DNA of 39,703 bases from Candidatus Tayloriibacteriota bacterium (GCA_009694955.1 SIBZ01000004.1:1-39703), one strand, 5' to 3'; shown: positions 7,166 through 16,055, counted from the stretch's first letter. The notes: generated by a model not told the origin, from the letters alone. Numbers and translations: made by a program.

Positions 7166-7780
7166 TTATGGATGGCTCAGCGGACTTCTCTCTTTTCGCT
7201 TCTCCATTATTTCTTTCAATTCTTGTTTCGCTCTATGTACCCGCGCGCGAACCGCGCCTTCCGATATCTGCAATATACGGGCGACATCCGCGTGAGGCTT
7301 TCCTTCGATAAAGTGGAGACGCATCGGTTCCGCCAACCCCCCTGAAAGTTCCTTCAGCAATGATTCCACCTCGTCGCGGTTAAGTTCTTGCTCACGGCGC
7401 TCTCCCGCTCCTCGGTCGGCCACCAGTTCCTGAAATTCGGGGTCGAGGTCGGCAAGAAAATTTCCTTCACCTTTCGTTTTCTTGTAGGCGGTGTAGCAGG
7501 TATTGACGAGGATGCGGTATCCCCACGACTTGAATCCGGCACCCGGCTGTGGCCGGAATCTACGGGCGTTCTTGTAAATCTTCACAAACGCATCCTGCAC
7601 GGCGTCCTGTGCCGCCTCTTTGGTTCCTAAAATGTAGTATGCCTTGCGCAAAAACGCTTCTTCATACCGTTCAAGAAGCTTTTCAAAAAGGCGTGGGTTG
7701 CTAAATGAGCGCTCCAAGAGCTCTTCATCCGGCATACTCGCGATAAGGTCCCGTTTTTCGTTTGATTCGTCTAACAGCAT
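7166..7780 (-). CDS. ECF (sigma-24-type) RNA polymerase sigma factor
   Basis: Region 2 AQDAVQDAFVKIY...FKSWGYRILVN; region 4 VARILQISEGAVRARVHRAK. Confidence 0.92.
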   Translation of the reverse strand: MLLDESNEKRDLIASMPDEELLERSFSNPRLFEKLLERYEEAFLRKAYYILGTKEAAQDAVQDAFVKIYKNARRFRPQPGAGFKSWGYRILVNTCYTAYKKTKGEGNFLADLDPEFQELVADRGAGERREQELNRDEVESLLKELSGGLAEPMRLHFIEGKPHADVARILQISEGAVRARVHRAKQELKEIMEKRKERSPLSHP

Positions 7781-8054
7781 GCAAAAAAGGCTTGCGTTCT
7801 CGTGCCTTACCCCAAATAGTACTCACCTTTTCCTATTACTGCAACCGTATTTATATCATCGGCGTTACGCCGATGATATAAATGCACCCCCCCCGCATTG
7901 AATGCGGAGTCCTTGATTTTTGGCGCTTGTCCACAGTAGGCTCTTTGAGCGATGTATACAATGTGCGATACTAGTGGTAACTCGCCTGAACTTTGCTACG
8001 GCAGAGAGAGGGTAAAAAGGTCGAAGACCAGTTCATCATCTCACTTATACATAC

Positions 8055-8228
8055 ATGCGAACAAACTCTTCCGGAGGATTGCGCCATCTCATTCCGATTC
8101 TCATCATCCTCCTTGCGGTTTCTTTCCTGCTCCAGTCTATGAATATGCTTTCGGCGCCGGTCGTTGCCGTCGTCTGGCCGATACTTCTCGGACTCATCGG
8201 ACTCGTCAAGCTAGAAGAAGCACGCTGA
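8055..8228 (+). CDS. Small two-TM protein (57 aa), LiaF/DUF5668-like; absent from the ORF track
   Basis: MRTNSSGGLRHLIPILIILLAVSFLLQSMNMLSAPVVAVVWPILLGLIGLVKLEEAR*; ends at a terminator. Confidence 0.75.
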   Translation: MRTNSSGGLRHLIPILIILLAVSFLLQSMNMLSAPVVAVVWPILLGLIGLVKLEEAR

Positions 8229-8278
8229 TTCTCAAAAGAAAAACATCCGCCAACTGGCGGATGTTTTTCTTTTGAGAA
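8229..8278. terminator. Bidirectional terminator, 24-bp perfect inverted repeat
   Basis: ttctcaaaagaaaaacatccgcca-ac-tggcggatgtttttcttttgagaa. Confidence 0.85.
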
Positions 8279-8285
8279 GTTCGTG

Positions 8286-8606
8286 TTAGAAGCTTCTTCG
8301 GTCGTCGCTACCGCGGTCAGAACTGCCACCTCGGCTGTCGAAACGACGCGGGGGTCGCTCGGCCATCGGTCGTGCCTCGTTGACGCGAAGTTTCCTTCCG
8401 TCAAGGTCTTTGCCATTCCATATCTCGATGGCCTTGGCCGCATCGGCCTCTTCCATCTCGACGAAACCGAAACCGCGTGAGCGGCCACTCATCCTGTCGG
8501 TGAGTACGGTTGCGGATACAACCGTTCCGGTTTGAGCAAAGGCGTCGCGCAGGCTGTCGTTCGTTGTGTTGTACGACAGGTTGCCGACGTAAAGCTTTGT
8601 TGCCAT
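8286..8606 (-). CDS. RRM-domain RNA-binding protein
   Basis: RNP2 LYVGNL, RNP1 RGFGFVEM and an R/G/D-rich tail. Confidence 0.95.
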   Translation of the reverse strand: MATKLYVGNLSYNTTNDSLRDAFAQTGTVVSATVLTDRMSGRSRGFGFVEMEEADAAKAIEIWNGKDLDGRKLRVNEARPMAERPPRRFDSRGGSSDRGSDDRRSF

Positions 8607-8694
8607 GTATTGAGAAATACTATCCTTATAACTGTCTCCCGACCTTGCCGCGCCATAGTTCGCTTAGGGCGAACGACGGAGGGCTTCTCAATAC
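8607..8694 (-). promoter_or_regulatory. Structured 5' leader of the RRM gene
   Basis: Perfect 10-bp pairing of 8607-8616 with 8685-8694 abutting the ATG; inner hairpin gttcgc/gcgaac. Confidence 0.55.
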
Positions 8695-8734
8695 GGCTGC
8701 TTACGCTTCCTCCTTGAGAAAAAAGACAACATCA

Positions 8735-8773
8735 CGATAGCACGATTGAAAAGGGGGCGCAATCGGTATAGTA
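8735..8773. promoter_or_regulatory. Overlapping divergent promoters
   Basis: Minus strand TTGCGC-17-TATCGT with extended TG; plus strand TTGAAA-17-TAGTAT. Confidence 0.55.
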
Positions 8774-8815
8774 TGTGGTTTGACACACTGCACACATACA
8801 ACAATTCCAGACTTT

Positions 8816-9145
8816 ATGAGCAATAATGACCGTAGCGAGGGAAATACCGCAGGTGCGGTGATATTTCCCCTTACCTTCGCCTTTTTAGCGTTTTTCCTTC
8901 CACTCTTTGGGAAAGTCGGGCTGGTATTCGCATTTATTCTCATAGCTTTTGCCGCCTTCTTCATCGCATGGTGCCGTGCCCCACTGTGGTGCAAAATCAT
9001 CATGCGGGTATGTCTCGCACTCGGTTTCCTTTTTTCCCTGTATGTCAAAGTTGCCGACGTGAAAACGTTCGCGCCCGAGATACTTACGGCCATAGGCCTC
9101 TTTGTCATCGGACACATACTTGGACGATATAATAAACTCGACTAA
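8816..9145 (+). CDS. Small multi-pass membrane protein
   Basis: About four hydrophobic segments; ATG at 8816; terminator downstream. Confidence 0.65.
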   Translation: MSNNDRSEGNTAGAVIFPLTFAFLAFFLPLFGKVGLVFAFILIAFAAFFIAWCRAPLWCKIIMRVCLALGFLFSLYVKVADVKTFAPEILTAIGLFVIGHILGRYNKLD

Positions 9146-9189
9146 GTCTGTTCAAGAGTAGAAGTGAATTCTAGGCAATTTGCCCTTGT

Positions 9190-9221
9190 GCGACCCTCGT
9201 TTCGGGAGTCGCTCTTTTTTT
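9190..9221 (+). terminator. Intrinsic terminator
   Basis: gcgac...gtcgc hairpin followed by a T tract. Confidence 0.6.
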
Positions 9222-9265
9222 ACAACGTGCCTTGTAGAAACATCTAAACTTGTTAGAATACCTTT

Positions 9266-10594
9266 ATGTCCGAACCGAAGAGACGTCTTTCAACCGAACC
9301 ATATAAAGGCGTGCGGGATTTCTATCCCGACGACTTCGCGGTGGAGAAATATATTTTCGGCGTCTGGAGCGATACCTGCCGGAAATTCGGTTATGAAGAA
9401 TACACCGCCTCCATATTGGAGCCAGCGGAACTCTACCGCGGTAAGGGGAGCGACGAAATCGTAAACGACCAGACCTACACCTTTACCGACCGCGGAGAAC
9501 GTGAAGTTACCTTGCGCCCCGAGATGACCCCCACCGTAGCACGCCTTATCGCGGGGAAACGCAAAACGCTCTACTTCCCTGTCCGCTGGTTTTCTCTTCC
9601 GAATCTGTTCCGCTATGAGCGTCCTCAGCGTGGGCGCCTGCGTGAGCACTATCAGCTGAACGCCGATATTTTCGGCGTCGCCGGCATAGACGCAGAGACG
9701 GAAATAGTTTCGCTTGCCTATGAAATAATGCATTCATTCGGCGTCGCCGACGGGAACTTTGAAATCCGTATTAACAGCCGGAAGGTGATGAATTACATCA
9801 TAGAGTACCTCCTCGGCCAGACCGGTGAGGAAGGCAAGAAAACGGCACAGCTCATTGACCGGCGGGCGAAGATGGAGAAAGAAGTATTTGAAAAAGCGCT
9901 CAGCGAACATTTGAAGGAGAAAGACGCACTCCTCCTCACACTTCTCAATTCCAAAAACTTTGCAGAATTCGTGTCGCATCTCCCGAAGGTACCCCCGCTT
10001 GAGGAGGCGCTTAAGGAAATTGATTCACTCACTGCGTCACTTGAAGCACTGGGTATCACGAACGTTGTTTTTGACCAAACGCTGATGCGCGGATTTGATT
10101 ACTACAGTGGCATCGTGTTTGAAGTATTTGATAAGAATCCGGCAAATCCCCGCTCGCTTTTCGGAGGTGGCCGCTACGATAACCTGCTCGAGTTATTCGA
10201 TGTAGAGAAAGTACCGACCGTCGGATTCGGCATGGGTGATGTGACTATCCGCGACGTACTCGAGACCTACGACTTGCTTCCGAAAAAATTCCCTTCGCCC
10301 GCGGACATCTATCTCTCCGCGTTTGATGCGAATTTCAAGAGCTCTGTAAACGATATCGCGCAAAATCTCCGCCGGGCGGGAGTCCGTGTCCTCGTAGACT
10401 ACGGAACCGGCAAGGTGGGCACGAAGGTGGCAAATGCCGACCGAGCCAAAGTTCCCTTCTTCGCGCTTATCGGCGAAGCGGAAAAAACCTCGGGACATAT
10501 CAAAGTGAAGAATTTGGAAACCGGCAAAGAAGCGATTCTCATGGAAGACAAAATCGCTGAATATATAAAAAATGCGACCTCCTCAACTCTTTAG
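9266..10594 (+). CDS. hisS: Histidine--tRNA ligase
   Basis: KGVRDF, LRPEMT, FRYERPQRGRLREHYQ, RGFDYY and GGGRYD. Confidence 0.97.
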   Translation: MSEPKRRLSTEPYKGVRDFYPDDFAVEKYIFGVWSDTCRKFGYEEYTASILEPAELYRGKGSDEIVNDQTYTFTDRGEREVTLRPEMTPTVARLIAGKRKTLYFPVRWFSLPNLFRYERPQRGRLREHYQLNADIFGVAGIDAETEIVSLAYEIMHSFGVADGNFEIRINSRKVMNYIIEYLLGQTGEEGKKTAQLIDRRAKMEKEVFEKALSEHLKEKDALLLTLLNSKNFAEFVSHLPKVPPLEEALKEIDSLTASLEALGITNVVFDQTLMRGFDYYSGIVFEVFDKNPANPRSLFGGGRYDNLLELFDVEKVPTVGFGMGDVTIRDVLETYDLLPKKFPSPADIYLSAFDANFKSSVNDIAQNLRRAGVRVLVDYGTGKVGTKVANADRAKVPFFALIGEAEKTSGHIKVKNLETGKEAILMEDKIAEYIKNATSSTL

Positions 10595-10670
10595 AGGGGA
10601 GGTTGAGTGGGGTGTTTCGTACTTTCGTACCTGTTCGTAGTTGAAGAGCGAAGGCGACGAAATACGAGAA
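10578..10670. repeat. GC-rich hairpin element over the hisS stop, followed by TTCGTA repeats
   Basis: cctcctcaactctttagaggggaggttgagtggggtg, then tttcgtac tttcgtac ctgttcgtag ... acgaaat acgagaa. Confidence 0.55.
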
Positions 10671-10696
10671 GTAACAACGTATAGTGTTCGTATTGT

Positions 10697-11272
10697 ATGC
10701 GTAAAATTGTTTTTGACATAGAAACCACCAATTTCTTCACCGACACGGGGTCAAACGACCCCACATCTTTGACGATTGCGTGCGTGTGCACTCACGATTC
10801 TGAAACTGACGCATACGCGAGTTATTACGAAGGCGACCTCCCGAAGCTCTGGCCAATTCTGGAAAGGGCAGATTTGCTTATCGGTTACAACTCGGACCAT
10901 TTTGATATCCCGCTTCTCAATAAATACTATCCCGGGAATCTTACCGGCATTAAGAGCCTTGATTTGATGAAGGAAATCCAGAAGGTGCTCGGCAGACGCA
11001 TTAAACTGGACAGCGTCGCCGAAGCGACGCTCGGCAAGAACAAGAGCGCTGACGGTAAAATGGCGAATGTTTGGTGGCGCCAAGGAGAGAAGCAGAAGGT
11101 GGTGGACTACTGTATTGATGACGTCCGTATCACCAAAGAACTCTATGAGTATATGCTGAAGCACGGCAAAGTAAAATATCCGGACGGCAAGATGATACGC
11201 GAGCTTCTTCTGGACACTTCGGCGTGGAATACCAAAAACGAAACCGTGCTCACCCACACATTACCGTTTTAG
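10697..11272 (+). CDS. RNase H-like DEDD 3'-5' exonuclease (RNase_H_2/YprB-like)
   Basis: FDIET, GYNSDHFD and YCIDDV motifs. Confidence 0.88.
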   Translation: MRKIVFDIETTNFFTDTGSNDPTSLTIACVCTHDSETDAYASYYEGDLPKLWPILERADLLIGYNSDHFDIPLLNKYYPGNLTGIKSLDLMKEIQKVLGRRIKLDSVAEATLGKNKSADGKMANVWWRQGEKQKVVDYCIDDVRITKELYEYMLKHGKVKYPDGKMIRELLLDTSAWNTKNETVLTHTLPF

Positions 11273-11274
11273 AC

Positions 11275-11350
11275 AGTTGTAAGTTGTAAGATTAAAGATT
11301 ACAGTAAGTGTGCCGCTTTACTTACATCTTAAATCATACATCTTTAATCT
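11275..11350. repeat. Inverted heptamer cassette, AGATTTA/TCTTAAA family, copy 1
   Basis: agttgta agttgta agattaa agattac ag - spacer - cttacat cttaaat catacat ctttaat ct; ends directly at the DsbA ATG. Confidence 0.85.
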
Positions 11351-12160
11351 ATGGACTCTAAAAACCCACTCACCCTCCCTATGGCCATTGTCGTGGCCGG
11401 AGGACTGATTGCCGGAGCAATTTTTCTCAAAGGAAACGCGAATCTCGGACCGAAGGCGGTTCAAGAACGCCCTGCCGTCGTGGCACAACCGGCTGAGACC
11501 GGCGCGATGCCTCTTCGCCCGATTGACGCAAATCGCGACCATATCCGAGGTAATCCGAACGCCAATATCGTCATTGTCGAGTTTTCAGACCCCGAATGCC
11601 CTTTCTGCGAGCGATTCCACAGGACGATGCAGAAAGTTATCGAAACCTACGGCAGATCGGGAAGTGTCGCGTGGGTGTACCGAGAGTATCCCATTCCCCA
11701 ACTTCATTCCAAAGCTCCTAAAGAAGCGGAGGCATTCGAATGCGCGGGTGAACTCGGCGGAAACGCGAAGTTCTGGGAGTACGCCGACCGCTTGTTTGCC
11801 GTGACCAAGTCAAATGACAGTTTGGACCCGGCTATGCTTCCACGCATTGCCGTCGAAGTAGGGCTTGATGAAGCGCGTTTCAACGAATGTCTTTCAAGCG
11901 GACGGCAACAAGCGCGTATACAGGAAGACCGTGCCGATGGCGAAGGCGCCGGAGTTGACGGCACTCCGCACAGCGTGTTTGTACTGAAAGCCGCTGTTTC
12001 CAACAAAAACAAGGAATCGCTTCTCACGCTTATGGAACCGCTTCGCGACCCGTACGGCAATCTTCCGATAAGCTTCTCGCTTGACGGACTCCGTGTGGGC
12101 CTCAATGGCGCACTTCCGCTCGACATCATCAAGCAAGTAATCGATATACTCCTTAAGTAA
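11351..12160 (+). CDS. Membrane-anchored DsbA-family thiol-disulfide oxidoreductase
   Basis: N-terminal TM helix, EFSDPECPFC active site and GVDGTP cis-Pro loop. Confidence 0.92.
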   Translation: MDSKNPLTLPMAIVVAGGLIAGAIFLKGNANLGPKAVQERPAVVAQPAETGAMPLRPIDANRDHIRGNPNANIVIVEFSDPECPFCERFHRTMQKVIETYGRSGSVAWVYREYPIPQLHSKAPKEAEAFECAGELGGNAKFWEYADRLFAVTKSNDSLDPAMLPRIAVEVGLDEARFNECLSSGRQQARIQEDRADGEGAGVDGTPHSVFVLKAAVSNKNKESLLTLMEPLRDPYGNLPISFSLDGLRVGLNGALPLDIIKQVIDILLK

Positions 12161-12173
12161 AATTAGAAAAGAC

Positions 12174-12202
12174 AAAACCCGCGCTCCGAGAGGCGGGTTT
12201 TT
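12174..12202. terminator. Bidirectional terminator
   Basis: aaaacccgc...gcgggttttt. Confidence 0.75.
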
Positions 12203-12224
12203 AAGTAGATTCTTCTGCGAATGC

Positions 12225-12965
12225 TTATCGATTCGCTTGCCGATATTCCCAACTTGCACGTATGAATGCCTTGAAGAGCGCGTAGGGAGCCCGTTCGGAT
12301 ATAATCTCTTCCGGATGCCATTGGACACCGAGTACGAACGGATAGTCTGGCACCTCCACGCCTTCTACGAGCCCGTCTGGAGCAACGGCACTCACCGTGA
12401 GGCCATTACCGAGCTGGTTGATTCCCTGATGGTGCAGGCTGTTCACCCGTACTTTCGGGACACCGATGATACCGCGAAGGCCAGTGCCGGCATTAATCGT
12501 CACCTCGTGCGCAATAAAGTTGCGCCCCGGCTGGTCGTGGCAATCGTGATTCAACTCTTGGTCCGGACGCTCTTTCAAGACGTCCTGCCAAAGCGTACCA
12601 CCGAAGTGCACATTCAGAAGTTGCATCCCTCTGCAAATCGCGAGGACGGGCATCCGTTCTTTGAGCGCGGATGCGAGAAGCGTGCGCTCAAGCGAGTCGC
12701 GTTCGCGACACATCTTTACGCTGTGCGTAACTCGTTGACCGTACTGTATTGGTTCAATGTCGCTTCCGCCGGGAAGTAGAAGCCCGTCGAACTGACCGAG
12801 AAAGCTCGGAATCTGAGCGGCTGGTGGCGTTGAAGCAAGCATACAGAGCACCCCGTCAGTTTGAGCGACGGCTTCCGCGTACGCTTTGTTGACGGAATGT
12901 CGGAGGGGAGAATCACCGGTTGGAGCAAAGGACGTGAGAATGCACGGCAAACCATTAGTTTTCAT
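12225..12965 (-). CDS. Peptidase C26 / gamma-glutamyl-gamma-aminobutyrate hydrolase family (class I GATase)
   Basis: LLLPGGSDI, ICRGMQ, VNSLHHQ and GVQWHPE. Confidence 0.92.
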   Translation of the reverse strand: MKTNGLPCILTSFAPTGDSPLRHSVNKAYAEAVAQTDGVLCMLASTPPAAQIPSFLGQFDGLLLPGGSDIEPIQYGQRVTHSVKMCRERDSLERTLLASALKERMPVLAICRGMQLLNVHFGGTLWQDVLKERPDQELNHDCHDQPGRNFIAHEVTINAGTGLRGIIGVPKVRVNSLHHQGINQLGNGLTVSAVAPDGLVEGVEVPDYPFVLGVQWHPEEIISERAPYALFKAFIRASWEYRQANR

Positions 12966-13078
12966 TTGGTAATGATGGGTTGGGTTGGAAAGTTTCAGGT
13001 AACTTCACGGAAGATACCACGCGGTACAAAAACAGTCCAGCTTGCCTCAGCGAAGTCTTACGAAGCTGTTTTTTCTTC

Positions 13079-13108
13079 CTACTAACTACTATCTACCTAC
13101 TACTAACT
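13079..13108. repeat. Heptamer array, CTACnnn family
   Basis: ctactaa ctactat ctaccta ctactaa ct; encodes the last residues LVVGR* of the helicase. Confidence 0.8.
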
Positions 13109-16034
13109 TCTTTAGTCGGCACCATTCGCACTCCGGCTCATCGCAAAAGTCGGTCATCACACGACCGGACCAAACTGAATCAATGAGCGATTGAATTTCT
13201 GTTTTGAGTTTCTCGATATCCGCATCCGCAACCGGAAGAGAGACGATACCGCACTTCCCTTTCCTATCTGGCATCACGAATACAAGCGAAGGAACAATGT
13301 CTTTATTTTTGTATTTCGGATTGTGCTCCAAGAGGAATTTGTAGAAAATAAGCTGGCGCCAAGGGTTTCCGTCGGATGATTTGGTCTCTCCTTTAATCGC
13401 CGGAACCGTCATTGCTTCTTTGGTCTTGTAGTCGAACACGCGGACGGTGTCGCCGTCTTCAAGAACCGCGTCAAGTTTGCCGTGAACGGGCATAGTCACT
13501 TGGCCACCTTCGTACGTCCCAGAAAAGTGTCCCTCGCTCCAGCTTTCTGTAACCGCCTTCCCCGATGCGAAATGGCTTTGGAGTTCCTGAGCGATACTCG
13601 GCGCCTTTTCAAACAGTTCTGTCTTGACCGCTTCCTTTTCAAATACCGGAAGCAGTGAGCGCTCCAGGTATGCGGAAACTGAGTCCCGAAAGACCTTTTC
13701 AATAGTGCCTATACTCCGGTCGGTTTCTTCCCATATCCGTCTGAACGCTTCGTGTACCGCCGTTCCTTTCTCCGCGCTTGGCGTCGACGCTTGAGGAATC
13801 TTCAGGATACTTTGATAGAGAAACGCGCTCGGGCACGTTATGAAGTGGTTAAGCGCCGTAACGGAAAGTCCTGAATTGAGGAGCGTGGTTTTCGTGAGGT
13901 CAATAAGTTTTCGGTTGTGAGTAGAAATCCCTCCCGTCTCAGAAGATGTACTTCCTTTAAAAAAAGGAGAATGAAGACCTCCAACATCTGGAGGCAAAAC
14001 AGTCCTTTCCACACACTTCGGGTCAAGCTCATCAAGAAAACGGAGTGGCGTTTCTGTCTTTCCACCCGCAATTTCCTCCGGCACCAATACCACAGCGTGC
14101 TTCTTTGCGCGGGTGAGCGCGACATAAAACAAACGACGTGCGTCACGGATAGAATCTTCATCATCCTTTTCTTTATGCGGAAAGACGAAATACGTACCAC
14201 GTGTTCTGCCTATCCACGAACTCTCCGTTACAAACGGCAAAAAGACGTAATCAAACTCAAGTCCCTTGCTCCCATGCGCAGTCATTGCCCTGACCCGGAG
14301 TTCGGGAGAGCCGACACTTACCTTCACGCTCCGCTCCTCCGAAGAGGCTTTATAGGATAGGAGCTTCGCAAGAAGTTCTCGTGTATCGCGGATATCTCCT
14401 TCCCGTATCAGATATTCCGAGAGTTCGACAATACCGCGCCAGACTTCCATCGCGGACGGGTCTTTGACGGCGAGCGTAAGAAAGCCCGACGCTTCCGCCA
14501 AGAAGACTAGATACGCAAGCGCTCCTTCGTCGGTAAGTTTGTTCTGAAGATGCCTGAGTGCGGGGATTTTCTCCGCCACGCCTTGTTTCCCGCTCCGAAG
14601 CGCACGAATGCACTCTACACCGTTTTCAAACGGCACATCCCAGAGCCCCACCGCAATCGTCTTCGCAAGTGCCTCCGTATTGGTGGTATCCGACAGATAT
14701 TCAATCAGCGTAAAAAACAGATTACCGATGGGGTGATTAAAGATATTTATTTTCCGTTCGGAGGAAACGGGAATTTCTTTTGATTCCAAAAAACGGATAA
14801 TCCGTTCTAAATCGCGATTGGTCTTTGTAATAATCGCCATGGTGCTTTCGTTCTCTTTTTCAAGAATTGCCTGTATTTCTTTTCCTAAATACTCAAGCGT
14901 ATCGCACTCTTTCCCTGATATGAGCGCTAGCGGTTGTGGCTTTCCCCCGCCCCCTGAGGTAAGCCGGACCCGAAGATGTGTATGTTCACCTTCGCCGTAA
15001 TTGTTTTCAATCATACTGAAGGTGCTGTCGAGGAGGTGCTGATGCGAGCGGTAGTTCGTTTCAAGCGGAATACTCTTCATTCCTTTCCACGCGTTTTTGA
15101 ACCGAAGGAAGTTTTCCACGGACGCCCCCTGAAAACGGTAAATCGCCTGCTTTTCGTCGCCAACTACGAAGAGATTCGGCGAATCAAAAAAGTCGGCGAG
15201 CAAACGGATAAGCAGGTTTTGCGAATCGTTGGTATCCTGATGTTCATCGACGAGTATATAGAGAAACTTCTCCTGAAGCAGACGGAGAAGCAATGTGTCG
15301 TTCTGGAGCGCGGTGAGGAGTTCGATAATCAAGTCGTTAAAATCAATTTTCCGTTCGGCGCGTTTTCGCTTTTCATACACCTCATACACGTCGGCGAAAA
15401 GCACCGTGCGTTCGCATTTCTCTATCCGCTTCTCGGCCTCGGCTTTGAGTTTGCCTTTGGTTGGCCCGCGCGAGGAAAGAGCGTCGGGGTCGGCCTGTAT
15501 GCTCTTCTTCTCTTTCTTCGCCCCTTCACGCATCATTTCCGGCGTCAACGCTTCGCGCTTCGCGTCGCTTATGCCTCCGACTATTTTCTGTACGTAAAAA
15601 TCGGGATTACCGAATGGCCGGAGCTCCGCGAACCGTTCATCTTTCAGAATCTCACGGACGAGACTTTCTGCGTCTATGTCGGTCATCTGTATCGCCCTAT
15701 CCAGATGCGCGAAATGGTCTTTGAACTCAGCAATGATTGAGGAGGCGAAACCGTGAAAGGTGTGCAGACGCACTTCGTCAGCGCGCGAACCCATAAGGGC
15801 ACGTAGTTTCTGGCGCATCGCCTTCACTCCCGCTTCGGTAAAGGTAATCGCCAAAATCCCCGACGGTGGTGTGTCGGTCTTCCGGAGGATTTGCGCGATG
15901 CGAAGCGTAAGTACGGTCGTCTTCCCCGTCCCCGGCCCGGCGATGACCATGACGGGTCCGTCGATAGTATCGACAGCCTCCTTTTGCTTCGGATTGAGTC
16001 TGGCGTATTGTGCTTGAAATGCGCTGTCGGACAT
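13089..16034 (-). CDS. UvrD/PcrA-family SF1 helicase fused to a C-terminal PD-(D/E)XK nuclease
   Basis: AGPGTGKT, DEHQD, GDEKQAIYRFQGA, NYRS, TAHGSKGLEF, FYVALTRA; nuclease GKLD...DYKT; C-terminal Cys cluster. Confidence 0.93.
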   Translation of the reverse strand: MSDSAFQAQYARLNPKQKEAVDTIDGPVMVIAGPGTGKTTVLTLRIAQILRKTDTPPSGILAITFTEAGVKAMRQKLRALMGSRADEVRLHTFHGFASSIIAEFKDHFAHLDRAIQMTDIDAESLVREILKDERFAELRPFGNPDFYVQKIVGGISDAKREALTPEMMREGAKKEKKSIQADPDALSSRGPTKGKLKAEAEKRIEKCERTVLFADVYEVYEKRKRAERKIDFNDLIIELLTALQNDTLLLRLLQEKFLYILVDEHQDTNDSQNLLIRLLADFFDSPNLFVVGDEKQAIYRFQGASVENFLRFKNAWKGMKSIPLETNYRSHQHLLDSTFSMIENNYGEGEHTHLRVRLTSGGGGKPQPLALISGKECDTLEYLGKEIQAILEKENESTMAIITKTNRDLERIIRFLESKEIPVSSERKINIFNHPIGNLFFTLIEYLSDTTNTEALAKTIAVGLWDVPFENGVECIRALRSGKQGVAEKIPALRHLQNKLTDEGALAYLVFLAEASGFLTLAVKDPSAMEVWRGIVELSEYLIREGDIRDTRELLAKLLSYKASSEERSVKVSVGSPELRVRAMTAHGSKGLEFDYVFLPFVTESSWIGRTRGTYFVFPHKEKDDEDSIRDARRLFYVALTRAKKHAVVLVPEEIAGGKTETPLRFLDELDPKCVERTVLPPDVGGLHSPFFKGSTSSETGGISTHNRKLIDLTKTTLLNSGLSVTALNHFITCPSAFLYQSILKIPQASTPSAEKGTAVHEAFRRIWEETDRSIGTIEKVFRDSVSAYLERSLLPVFEKEAVKTELFEKAPSIAQELQSHFASGKAVTESWSEGHFSGTYEGGQVTMPVHGKLDAVLEDGDTVRVFDYKTKEAMTVPAIKGETKSSDGNPWRQLIFYKFLLEHNPKYKNKDIVPSLVFVMPDRKGKCGIVSLPVADADIEKLKTEIQSLIDSVWSGRVMTDFCDEPECEWCRLKKLVVGR
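13925..13972. repeat. In-frame 48-bp monomer of the AAATCC...GAAT double-hairpin element
   Basis: aaatccctcccgtctcagaagatgtacttcctttaaaaaaaggagaat aligns with the reverse complement of 17656-17702. Confidence 0.75.
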
Positions 16035-16055
16035 ATGGGAGAGTATAACAAAAGA

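Noticed and set aside
7975-8040. Assignment of this leader to the c-di-AMP (ydaO) riboswitch class
   Set aside because: Only a superficial CTGAA/GAGGG resemblance; the second symmetric half is absent, so it is kept as an unclassified candidate.
7952-8275. 107-aa plus-strand ORF from the track
   Set aside because: It runs through promoter and terminator sequence; the 57-aa ORF at 8055-8228 in another frame is far more protein-like.
13044-13068. cctcagcgaagtcttacgaagctg as a further REP-like element
   Set aside because: Single short imperfect copy in the window, which is insufficient support.
13976-13995. Small palindrome cctcca-acatc-tggagg beside the helicase insert
   Set aside because: A 6-bp stem can arise by chance and there is no second copy in the window.
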